A DNA stretch of 64,000 nt from positions 372,001-436,000 of the forward strand of contig CAWKCK010000002.1 in the NCBI GenBank assembly GCA_963848135.1, given 5' to 3'. How positions within the stretch are numbered: the first letter of the stretch is position 1; every line of letters begins with the position of its first letter. Both the position numbers and the translations under genes were made by a program. The notes under the pieces are model-generated. The model ran no database searches and was not told the origin of the DNA. It was given only the letters and a program-made list of their open reading frames with translations. The stretch comes from an uncultured delta proteobacterium (GTDB lineage: Bacteria; Desulfobacterota; Desulfobacteria; Desulfobacterales; SG8-13). Of this stretch, positions 21,435-30,037 are shown piece by piece.

Positions 21435-21929
21435 CTAACTTTGGTCGGGCTTCTGAGTGACGGCCAGGGAAATCCGGCCGTATCCAGAACCCGTGCAGGT
21501 TGACATTATTTTTTTAAGCGCCCTGAACGGAATCGTTTTATCCGCAAGGATAGTGACTTCCTTGCCTTCAACGACCGTTTGGGTGCTTATCCCGATAATG
21601 TTGCGCTCGAGCTGCTCGAGCCGCTCCGTTATTTCCGCAACCGTGTCCAACTCGACGCCGAGCAGCTCGGGAGTGCTGATCACGGCCTTTCCCTGAACAA
21701 TAACCAATTCGGGACTGATTGTGATCTCCACGGTTTCCCTTGGCTTGCTTTCGATGACGGATTCGGGCAAATGGATATCCTTGGGCGGTTCCTGAACATC
21801 ACTGCCGGATGAGTGAAAAAGCAGAAAGAAAACCAGAATGGTAAAGATATCCATCAGCGATGTCAGGAGCAGACCGGTGGCCTTGTTCCTGTTACGCCCC
21901 ATCCGTCGCATACGTCGGCTACTTCTCAT
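21435..21929 (-). CDS. ExbD/TolR family protein (Asp-type TM)
   Basis: LTSLMDIFTILVFFLL; ILADKTIPF...IMSTC...GY..ISLAV. Confidence 0.9.
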   Translation of the reverse strand: MRSSRRMRRMGRNRNKATGLLLTSLMDIFTILVFFLLFHSSGSDVQEPPKDIHLPESVIESKPRETVEITISPELVIVQGKAVISTPELLGVELDTVAEITERLEQLERNIIGISTQTVVEGKEVTILADKTIPFRALKKIMSTCTGSGYGRISLAVTQKPDQS

Positions 21930-22423
21930 GGCGCATCTCCTATGGATATTGCGGGGAAAAGGATGAGTTTCTGAAAATCTTCACTGCCGTCCACCTGTAC
22001 TTTCGTGCTTCGTACCATATCCATGACCTGAATGAGAAAATCGTACTCTATGTCTGGCTCCATCAGAATTGTCGCGTCTTCCTTTTCAGGGTACTGGGTT
22101 TTCAGGCGCATGAGCATTTTAGAGAGCATTTCCATATCGTACAGATCGTCTTTTTTCGGAATGGCAGCCTCCACCGAAGATCCGTTGGCAATCTCAAATC
22201 CGGCCTGGCGGACAATCACCTCGATTGCAAAATTCGGTGTGTTCGAAGCCGCCCCGCCAGCACTGGTCGGAACACTCAGCTCCATGATCGCCACACGTGA
22301 AAAAACAGCACTGATGAGCAGAAACGGTATGAGCACGACCATCAAGTTCATGAAGGTGGTGACATCCAGTTCAGGTGCTGCGCGCATTCGTCTTTTATTT
22401 TGATATCGTCTGTTCATGATCAA
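21926..22423 (-). CDS. ExbD/TolR family protein (Asn-type TM)
   Basis: LDVTTFMNLMVVLIPFLL; EPDIEYDFLIQVMDMVR...LFPAIS. Confidence 0.88.
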   Translation of the reverse strand: MIMNRRYQNKRRMRAAPELDVTTFMNLMVVLIPFLLISAVFSRVAIMELSVPTSAGGAASNTPNFAIEVIVRQAGFEIANGSSVEAAIPKKDDLYDMEMLSKMLMRLKTQYPEKEDATILMEPDIEYDFLIQVMDMVRSTKVQVDGSEDFQKLILFPAISIGDAP

Positions 22424-23070
22424 TTTGCCTCGAATTGGCGCTTGGCGAAATTGGAGATGCTGTTCAGCGCCTTGACCGATGCCATCTCCAGGCTATCAAC
22501 GATATGCCCTGTGGTCGATGTCAGCTTGGCATGCAGAAGTAACAGCGGAATCGCAGACATCAGGCCAAAAGCCGTGGTGTTCATGGCTACCGAGATACTG
22601 GCGGACAGCAAATCGGCCTTCTCTGCCGGGTTGGCATTGGCCACCGCGGTGAAGGCCTGGATCAGGCCCATGATGGTGCCCAGCAGGCCCAGAAGAGTGG
22701 CGATATTCGAAAGCAGCGCCACATAGGGCGTGCGCTTTTCCAACTGGGGGATGATCTCCATCATGCTCTCTTCCATGGCGATTTCGATGTCCTCGCGTCG
22801 CCGGACCGCACCCTGGCGCGCCAATCCCATGCCCAACATTTGCGCCATACTGGATTTATCCTTGTTGACCATTTTGCGGGCTTTTTCAAACTCTCCCTTA
22901 ACCAGTACCGGTTGCAACACATCCCATATTTTACTGTTTGCGCTACGAACACGGCCCAATTGGAACCAACGCTCCACCGAGATGGCGGTGCCAACGGCAA
23001 ATACGAACAGAATGGGATACATGAACATCCCACCTTTCTGGAAAAATTCCACAATTGAATAAAATCCCAT
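22420..23070 (-). CDS. MotA/TolQ/ExbB proton channel protein (copy 1)
   Basis: Same motifs as copy 2; AGGAGG RBS before ATG 23070; stop overlaps the exbD start. Confidence 0.92.
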   Translation of the reverse strand: MGFYSIVEFFQKGGMFMYPILFVFAVGTAISVERWFQLGRVRSANSKIWDVLQPVLVKGEFEKARKMVNKDKSSMAQMLGMGLARQGAVRRREDIEIAMEESMMEIIPQLEKRTPYVALLSNIATLLGLLGTIMGLIQAFTAVANANPAEKADLLSASISVAMNTTAFGLMSAIPLLLLHAKLTSTTGHIVDSLEMASVKALNSISNFAKRQFEAN

Positions 23071-23190
23071 GATGTTCCTCCTATACAAAAATAACGAAGT
23101 TACTCTGGCTCCATCCGTCTACGCCCCTCGTCTTCAGTTAAAAGCGCTTATGAAGGCCGGAGGTAGAGTTTCCCTATTCATGGATGGACA

Positions 23191-23478
23191 CTATTTCGCG
23201 GTGCTGATTTGATAAAATTCAAGCTGCCGCATGAAAACAACTCGATCCACCGGCATATCGCCATCATTCAGCAACATGTTCAAGCTGGTCTCCACCCCGA
23301 TTTCCGAGCTTTTCCATGGAACGATATATAGAGACTTCGGGGCTTCATCGTTGCCGACAATGGACATACCGGACAGCTCCTTGGCTTCTGATTCCTTGTC
23401 TTTGTCCACCTCCTGAGCGAGGGCCATGACGGCCGGAAACAGGATAATGCAAAAAAACAGAGCTATTTTACGATTCAT
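23191..23478 (-). CDS. Small exported protein (GltF-like by position)
   Basis: Signal peptide (ALA-QE), conserved-looking GMSIVGNDEAPKSLYIVPWK, AAGGAGG RBS. Confidence 0.75.
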   Translation of the reverse strand: MNRKIALFFCIILFPAVMALAQEVDKDKESEAKELSGMSIVGNDEAPKSLYIVPWKSSEIGVETSLNMLLNDGDMPVDRVVFMRQLEFYQISTAK

Positions 23479-23569
23479 CGTCCCTCCTTAGGCACAATCC
23501 CTGAGTAACTATCCTGGAGCAGGCACCTGCACCCATTGACCTGCTCCGACAAGGGGTTGAGCCCATGAT

Positions 23570-24265
23570 CTATTCGCGTCCGAGCCGGGCGCGCAAATCG
23601 GAAATCCATATTTCGACTTGTCGATCTTCAGGCATGGCCTGGCTGTAAATTTCGTAATGTTCGATGGCGCAACTCAGGTCATTCAAATACAGGTCGCAGA
23701 GAATCCCCAAATTTCTATGCACCGGATAATAATCCGGAAAGCTCTCGAGGGCCTTCTCATACATCGCCCGGGCCTCGTCAAAACGTCCCCTTTTGCGAAA
23801 CCACAAACCATACTCATTACAGGCCGCCGGGTGTCCGGGAACCATCGCTATCGCTGTCTTTAGATGCGCCTCGGCCTGTTCTGGTTTGCCAATATGCTGG
23901 TAGGCAATCGCGATGTTGATGTAAGGCGCCGTGACGCCGGGAGACTGTTCGATGATCTTTGACAGAAGTTCGATGGCCGTGCCGTAGTCCTGCTCATTGA
24001 GAAGGACCACTGCCCGCTCGAAGTCCCTGCGCGATGCCGCGTCCATTTGGGGAACTTCCGATATGAGGAACCCTTCCCGACCATCTTCGAGTCTCATCAC
24101 AGAGGTTTCTTTTGCTTCCAGGAGCTTGTCCGTACCGGATGTCGGCGAGACCTTTCCATTGGTGGCGCATCCGGTAACAACCGGCATCACCATCGCCAGA
24201 AGTATAAATCCGGTACAGAGTCTTGTTTTTAGACTTGCTACGTTTCCGATATATGGTCCGCTCAT
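23570..24265 (-). CDS. TPR lipoprotein (GltE-like)
   Basis: Lipobox VTGC; TPR repeats; NLGILCDLYL...A...Y..Y...W. Confidence 0.8.
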   Translation of the reverse strand: MSGPYIGNVASLKTRLCTGFILLAMVMPVVTGCATNGKVSPTSGTDKLLEAKETSVMRLEDGREGFLISEVPQMDAASRRDFERAVVLLNEQDYGTAIELLSKIIEQSPGVTAPYINIAIAYQHIGKPEQAEAHLKTAIAMVPGHPAACNEYGLWFRKRGRFDEARAMYEKALESFPDYYPVHRNLGILCDLYLNDLSCAIEHYEIYSQAMPEDRQVEIWISDLRARLGRE

Positions 24266-24336
24266 TGTTGCGTCTCCCTTTTGTCGAGCCGGTCTCACTG
24301 TAGGGCGGCATCCCGTGGGCCACCCTGATGATCATT

Positions 24337-27300
24337 TTATCGTGCGGCCCGTTCTGCCCCCGTAATCTCTGGATCTTGAACCTTCTCAGGCTCTGCGGGT
24401 TCATCACTTGTGGCCGTATCGGGTCCTTGGATCTGTTCACCCTCCTCCGAACCATCTCCCTCGGCTGTTACGCCGGGTTCAGGTGCCGGCTGAGCAGAAA
24501 CGGCTGGTCTGTCAATTTCGAAAACAAAGGTATCCAAAGAACTCATGATGCCACTGGTCTCCTCCGGTTTGGCATAACGGGCCGGTACGAGTGCGGCCAA
24601 TTTCTGCAGACTCTTGTCGACCCACTCATTGTATACGCCCCGGGAGATCAGTTCGAGATTGCTCTCGTGGACGGCGATAGCCTTCTCTTCGAACGGATAG
24701 GCTTGCTCTTCGATGGCCAATTCATATTCCTCCAGTTCCATAGGGCTCAATCCTTCGGGGCGCTCGGAGGTCATCAAGGCTTTGCTGAAGTGGGCGTAAA
24801 TCTCGGCCAGATAGAATGTCGATGCGGCCGTGATCTCTCCGATTTCATAATCGATGAGTGTGTTGAATTCTTTCGTGACAGCCTTCATCAGATCGCGTTT
24901 CTTGCGCAGATTAACTTCGAAGGGCTTTACCAGCCTGACGGCGACGAACTGCTCGTAGTTCGATTCGGCCAAGACCAAGGCAGCCTTTGCAGCAAGATAA
25001 CGCGTACGGGGTGTCCGGTCGTCACCCGCAGAAGCATCGATCGCAACGATCGCCTCGAGCTCTTTCAGGTAGGACATCCGATCGTTCTGCGCTTTCAGGA
25101 TATCTGCGATTTTGTTGCGCGTTTCCAGGTTGAGCTCCACAGGTTGAGGGAAATAGCCCACATACCGCCGGTAAACCTCGAGCGTGCCAAGCTTGTTGCC
25201 GTCTTTTTCGTGTAAATCCGCCGCCACCAAAAGAGCCTCACGCCTTATTTCGTCGTCATTGGATTCTGTTTCGATGCGCTCGTATTCGCCCGCTGCCAGG
25301 GAAAGTTGGCCGTCTTCGCGGTAAACATAGGCGATCTTTTTGGTCACTTCGGGCTGCAGCTCGTGCCCGGGGAAGGTCGAACGGAATCCGAGAAGCACGT
25401 TGGTCGCCATTTCCCAGTCCGCGAGCTGTATCAAAGCCGCAGCAGCATCGTATTCGGCGCTTGGCCGGATAGAGGAGGTTGGCGCCATCCGTCCCACTCT
25501 CAGGAAGTGATCCGCTGCTGCCCGATGATCCTCGGCAGCTTTGGCCTGTTCGCCCTGCTTGTAAATCGATGCCGCCAAGTTGTCGAACAGGCTATCGCGT
25601 GTCTTGTCGCTTGTTGGCAGCAAGGCCAGAACTTCCAGGTAAGCGGTCTCGGCTTCGCTGTATCGCTCAAGCTCATAGGATGAATGGGCGATGACCAGCC
25701 GGGCCGATCGGATGACATCAACATCGGTGTCCGGGAATACCTCAAGGAGGGTGTCCGCGGCAGCCAGGGCCTGTTCATATTCCTCCATGCCGTAAAGATC
25801 GTCCGCTGCCGCCCCGAGGACGATGGCGGCCTTTTCGTGTTTCGGAAAGGTATCGGCGAACTTGAGCGAACTGCGCACGACATCCTGCCTGATCGGTCCT
25901 TTGCCTTCCGGCACGGCAGCAGCCAAGTCTTCCCTGTAGGCGCAAACCGCCGCATAGCCGGCTGGGGAAGATTTGTCGTGGGATGGGTAGTCGTAGGCAG
26001 TCTTTTCGTATTCCACGGCCGCTGCACCAAACGACTTGTTTTCGAGCAGCAGGTCCGCCAGCTGGTAATTGATAGCCGGCGATTCTGTATCCATTGGAAA
26101 AGAGGTCAGGTACTCTCGATACCAGTGCAACGCTTCCTGGAAATTGGACGGTTTTTCTGCGGCCATTTTCGGGTTTTGGTAGCAGGCATGGTAATGATTC
26201 GCCAGGTCGGTCAGGTTGGTTTTTAAATGACCCAGAACGTCCTGACGCTCACTGGGTTCGTGATATGCCCAATATTCAGCCGTCAACCCGTAGGTGGTGG
26301 CGAAAGCCTTTTTGGCGTCGAGAACCAGACTGGGGAAGCCACCGGCGGTATGAATTTCGATGACCCGCATATGGAAATTCGGCGCCACCTTGTGGAACGG
26401 GTTGCGGCTCACGAAAGCATTGTAGGTCGCGCTGGCATCGGCATAACGACGCTTGTCGAAGTAAAATTCGCCCAGGTTGCTGTAAATGCTGTCCTCGTAA
26501 CTGCGATTGCCGTGACCGGAGAAGTATTCCACCACGGAATCGGCCCCCCCCAAGTTGGAAAAACTCAGGCTGATAACGCGGAAGGTGTCTTGCGTCCTTT
26601 TGTGTTCTGTCTCGTCTTCGGTCTGCTCGAAATCGTATCCCACGGACACCTTGTGATCCAGCAGTGCAACGAATCTATGCAGGCCGTCTTCATAGAGCTC
26701 TTGTTTATAGAACGTCCAGCCCAGTTTATAGAGGGCGAGCTCATAGAATGACGAACCGACACCGATATCTACAACGCTTTTGTAGGCGTCCTCGGCATCC
26801 AGATAATGTTTGTAGGCAAAGAAGTGCTCGGCCCGCCGGAACTGAACCTCATCGATATAGCGGGAGTGGGGGTATTCACGGACCATCCGGTCCATAACCG
26901 CCATGGCCTGCTCGGGCTGTCCCAATTCCTCGTAAGCACGGGACATTTGGTACAGTACCTGGTCGTTGCGCTCGTATAGGGGATAATCTTTGAGCAGTTT
27001 ATTATAAAGCTCAATAGCCTCACGGGCGTTGGCCCTTTCAAGATCATCCGTCCCTTCGGCGAGTTCACTTACAGGCGTGGCTGCAGCAGGCACATGCACC
27101 GGCCGGGTTGCGCGTCTTTCAAAATCCGTCTCCGACTCCAGTGTCGGTGCCGGTGCCGGAACGGACTCACCCGCTCTCGAGGGCATCTGGCGTTTGGCAG
27201 GAGAGTATTTGAAGAGCGTCTTTGCGTGTTTGGGAGCAGGCAATACCGCTGTTGAATCCTGATTTGCAGATTCGGTACCCTCGGTGAACGTACCGTATTC

Positions 27301-27540
27301 CTTCTCGATCTTCAGATCGGCTAAACGACGGATGGCCTCGGGTGTTAAATCCGATTGCGGCGTTTCTTCCAAGAAACGTTGATAACCCAGCATCGCTTTG
27401 TCGAGCCCGCCTTCGATCTTTTCTTCCTTGATCTCAATTCGCACATGGCGCAAACCGGCAATCGTATCCTTGTCGCCGATCGATTGACATGCCGATAAAA
27501 TCAGCGGTAGCATCAACGCAGCTAATCGGATCCAGTTCAT
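24337..27540 (-). CDS. Large TPR lipoprotein (GltD-like)
   Basis: Lipobox LSAC; many TPRs (ALYKLGWTFYK, YP....D..LY); C-terminal LAIEEQAYPFEEKAI. Confidence 0.82.
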   Translation of the reverse strand: MNWIRLAALMLPLILSACQSIGDKDTIAGLRHVRIEIKEEKIEGGLDKAMLGYQRFLEETPQSDLTPEAIRRLADLKIEKEYGTFTEGTESANQDSTAVLPAPKHAKTLFKYSPAKRQMPSRAGESVPAPAPTLESETDFERRATRPVHVPAAATPVSELAEGTDDLERANAREAIELYNKLLKDYPLYERNDQVLYQMSRAYEELGQPEQAMAVMDRMVREYPHSRYIDEVQFRRAEHFFAYKHYLDAEDAYKSVVDIGVGSSFYELALYKLGWTFYKQELYEDGLHRFVALLDHKVSVGYDFEQTEDETEHKRTQDTFRVISLSFSNLGGADSVVEYFSGHGNRSYEDSIYSNLGEFYFDKRRYADASATYNAFVSRNPFHKVAPNFHMRVIEIHTAGGFPSLVLDAKKAFATTYGLTAEYWAYHEPSERQDVLGHLKTNLTDLANHYHACYQNPKMAAEKPSNFQEALHWYREYLTSFPMDTESPAINYQLADLLLENKSFGAAAVEYEKTAYDYPSHDKSSPAGYAAVCAYREDLAAAVPEGKGPIRQDVVRSSLKFADTFPKHEKAAIVLGAAADDLYGMEEYEQALAAADTLLEVFPDTDVDVIRSARLVIAHSSYELERYSEAETAYLEVLALLPTSDKTRDSLFDNLAASIYKQGEQAKAAEDHRAAADHFLRVGRMAPTSSIRPSAEYDAAAALIQLADWEMATNVLLGFRSTFPGHELQPEVTKKIAYVYREDGQLSLAAGEYERIETESNDDEIRREALLVAADLHEKDGNKLGTLEVYRRYVGYFPQPVELNLETRNKIADILKAQNDRMSYLKELEAIVAIDASAGDDRTPRTRYLAAKAALVLAESNYEQFVAVRLVKPFEVNLRKKRDLMKAVTKEFNTLIDYEIGEITAASTFYLAEIYAHFSKALMTSERPEGLSPMELEEYELAIEEQAYPFEEKAIAVHESNLELISRGVYNEWVDKSLQKLAALVPARYAKPEETSGIMSSLDTFVFEIDRPAVSAQPAPEPGVTAEGDGSEEGEQIQGPDTATSDEPAEPEKVQDPEITGAERAAR

Positions 27541-29426
27541 CGTTCCACCCTCTCCTGGCTCTGTGCTCTGGTGGCACGGTCGTAACTGTCGGCCATGGCA
27601 AAGCGTGCCTTGATTTGGAACTCGGCGAGGCGATCACGACGCTTGCTGAGTTCATTTACTGCCATGAGTTCAAGCATATGGCCCTGTCGTGCCATCAACT
27701 GTCCCACTTTTTCATGCGCCTCCCGAATCAGGAACCGCTGGCGGCGGATCGTATCTCCATAGCCCTGGTAGCTTTGTGTGGCAGCCTGACGGGTGCGTAC
27801 AAATGCGGTGTACTGTTTTTTCAGCAGATCGATCTCTTTATTCAAATCCTGGAGATGTGTGTAAGCCTCGGTGAATCGACGGTCGTAGTCCGTGTAAATG
27901 TTCCATGTCATAACTCCCCGTAAACGGTTTATACGGGCATCGATCCCACGAGGTATGGCCGTACCGCCGGCCGTTAAGCGGCGTTCCAAAAGTGTGATCT
28001 TTTCGCCAATGACCCGTTCCTCGGAGGTCGCCAGATAGTCGGGTCTTGGGACCACCAGCATGGCCTTCAGGCGTTTTTCGATCCGGTCCCGCTGCTCCAG
28101 GCGCAGACGCATTTGTGAGTCCAACCGCCTGAATTCCCGGTCAATGACGGGAAGCAACGGGTGGTAATACGACCGACGAAGTTCAATGATTTCTTCGAAA
28201 GCATCCAAGTCCCCTTGCCAGGTTTCCAGCCTTTTGCGCAATTGCTCCAAATCAAGATAGTTTTTGAGAGATTCCTGGAAATCATGGGAGGCCATCAATT
28301 CGAGCAGGTAGTAAGTCTCGGGCGTCTGCGGCAACCGGCGCAGCTTAACGACCCAGTTGGTATCCTGTTTCAGTTCCTCCCGCACCAGGGCTTTTAGAAA
28401 ATGTCCTTCGCGGATACTCTTGATGGATTCGCCGAGTTTGTCGATTTCCGTACCGAACCTCTCCAGCGCATTACCATACAGCAACGCCGCTTTACTGTGC
28501 ACGTTCAGTTTGCCATATGCATAGGGGACGGCGAGCATGGCTTCCTGAACCGCAGCGTCTGTAACCTCTCTATTAACCAGAATACTCCAAGGCACCAGAG
28601 CCCTGTCGAAACGTTCCTCAAAGGCGTCAGTCCATCCTGCGCCCAGCAGGGCCCGGTTGGAGAAGGGACCGGTCAAACGCACCCGGTCGAGAACCTGTTT
28701 GGCACCCTCGTAATTTTGTTCCTCCAGCAATTTGGTACCGAAGACCAGGTTCGATTTGTCTTTTATCGCCAGCGTGGCGGGGTCGTTGCTGCCGATCTGA
28801 CCGGTACGGTCGAGACACTGGCGCCCTTCCTGAACCTGCCCGTCCTTCAGTAACGCAATACCGAGGTTATACGTGCTGAAGCCTTCAAGGCTTTTTTGCC
28901 CCTGAAGTTTTCTCAGAATACCTGCGGCTTCGGCAAAACGGCCATTGGCCATGAGGATATGCGCCCGCAAGAAAGCCACATCGTCATGGATATTTTCAGG
29001 GACATCTCCATGGATGCGCTCGACAGCGTGCAGGGCGTTGACCGGTTGATCCTTCTGGAAGTAAATCCGGGCCAGCCGGTAAATGGCCTCGTTGCGCACC
29101 GGCTCCTCAACATTGCCTTCGATGACTCTCGTTATCGCACGTCCGGCACGATGATGCATGCGGTAAGCCAATTCGAAATCGCCCACGGCAAACTCGGCGT
29201 GATTGATATGGTAATAAAGAGTGTCGCGTTCAGGTTCATCGAGTCCATGGAACTGTCCCAACTCCATGTCGAGCCTATCGATCGAATCGAACCAATCCCC
29301 TTGATAGGCGCAGTACAAAGCCTCTCCATAATAGAGATCTTTCAGCTCTTTGGTCGTACTGGGACCGGCCACCGCCGAAGACGCAACCAAAATCAAAGTT
29401 GTTATTAAGATCATCAGCCTGGACAT
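27537..29426 (-). CDS. Exported TPR/coiled-coil protein (GltC-like)
   Basis: Signal peptide, TPRs (ALLGAGW), C-terminal coiled coil ending ARFAMADSYD; AAGGAG RBS before ATG 29426. Confidence 0.78.
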   Translation of the reverse strand: MSRLMILITTLILVASSAVAGPSTTKELKDLYYGEALYCAYQGDWFDSIDRLDMELGQFHGLDEPERDTLYYHINHAEFAVGDFELAYRMHHRAGRAITRVIEGNVEEPVRNEAIYRLARIYFQKDQPVNALHAVERIHGDVPENIHDDVAFLRAHILMANGRFAEAAGILRKLQGQKSLEGFSTYNLGIALLKDGQVQEGRQCLDRTGQIGSNDPATLAIKDKSNLVFGTKLLEEQNYEGAKQVLDRVRLTGPFSNRALLGAGWTDAFEERFDRALVPWSILVNREVTDAAVQEAMLAVPYAYGKLNVHSKAALLYGNALERFGTEIDKLGESIKSIREGHFLKALVREELKQDTNWVVKLRRLPQTPETYYLLELMASHDFQESLKNYLDLEQLRKRLETWQGDLDAFEEIIELRRSYYHPLLPVIDREFRRLDSQMRLRLEQRDRIEKRLKAMLVVPRPDYLATSEERVIGEKITLLERRLTAGGTAIPRGIDARINRLRGVMTWNIYTDYDRRFTEAYTHLQDLNKEIDLLKKQYTAFVRTRQAATQSYQGYGDTIRRQRFLIREAHEKVGQLMARQGHMLELMAVNELSKRRDRLAEFQIKARFAMADSYDRATRAQSQERVER

Positions 29427-29433
29427 GAACAAT

Positions 29434-29946
29434 CTACTCCTTGAGCGCAATGCTATGTGCTGTCAGGGATACTTCAACAATTTTGGGCCCCACATCTTTA
29501 TTGACCGTAAAACTATCCGTTTTTAGGAAATCCATGCCATCCGCGGATTTTCCGCTGACGGACACGAGCAGATCATGTTCGCCGGATCGGATATTACCGG
29601 TATAGATGCGCTGCACACCCCCCTTCTGAAGGGCTTCAAGCTCCTTGAAGGTGTAAATGTGATGGGCGACCGGTTTTCCACCCAACTGAATCTCGACCGC
29701 GTCGAGACGGAAAGCGCTGTCGCTCCCCATGGACACGAAAACGGCAACCTGCGTGTTGGACGGGTACAGCAGATTCTCTTCAAGCTGATGCAGTTCCGCC
29801 GCAATGCGCAAAACATCACTTTTTATCTCCTGAACCTGTTCATCAAGGCCCTTGATTTGTTCCCTGGAGACTTCCTGGCCGTGAGCCGCAAAGCTCAATC
29901 CAAACACTGAAATCCCCAATATGATCGCTTTCAGCCAGCAGCGCAT
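29434..29946 (-). CDS. Exported hypothetical protein (coiled coil + beta domain)
   Basis: Signal peptide (AHG-QE); LEENLLYP...GGVQRIYTGN...GEH; GAGGAGG RBS. Confidence 0.75.
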   Translation of the reverse strand: MRCWLKAIILGISVFGLSFAAHGQEVSREQIKGLDEQVQEIKSDVLRIAAELHQLEENLLYPSNTQVAVFVSMGSDSAFRLDAVEIQLGGKPVAHHIYTFKELEALQKGGVQRIYTGNIRSGEHDLLVSVSGKSADGMDFLKTDSFTVNKDVGPKIVEVSLTAHSIALKE

Positions 29947-30037
29947 GTTGGCCTCCTCACCTTGGTTTGTCATTAAACGTCATCCCCTTTTGAGCGTGGG
30001 TTTCCGCTATCCTGAATAAGTCATCCGAATTCAAGCT

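Noticed and set aside
18529..23070. Canonical Tol-Pal or flagellar MotAB locus
   Set aside because: There is no TolB/CpoB or flagellar gene. Two ExbD, two ExbB and TPR partners indicate a different system.
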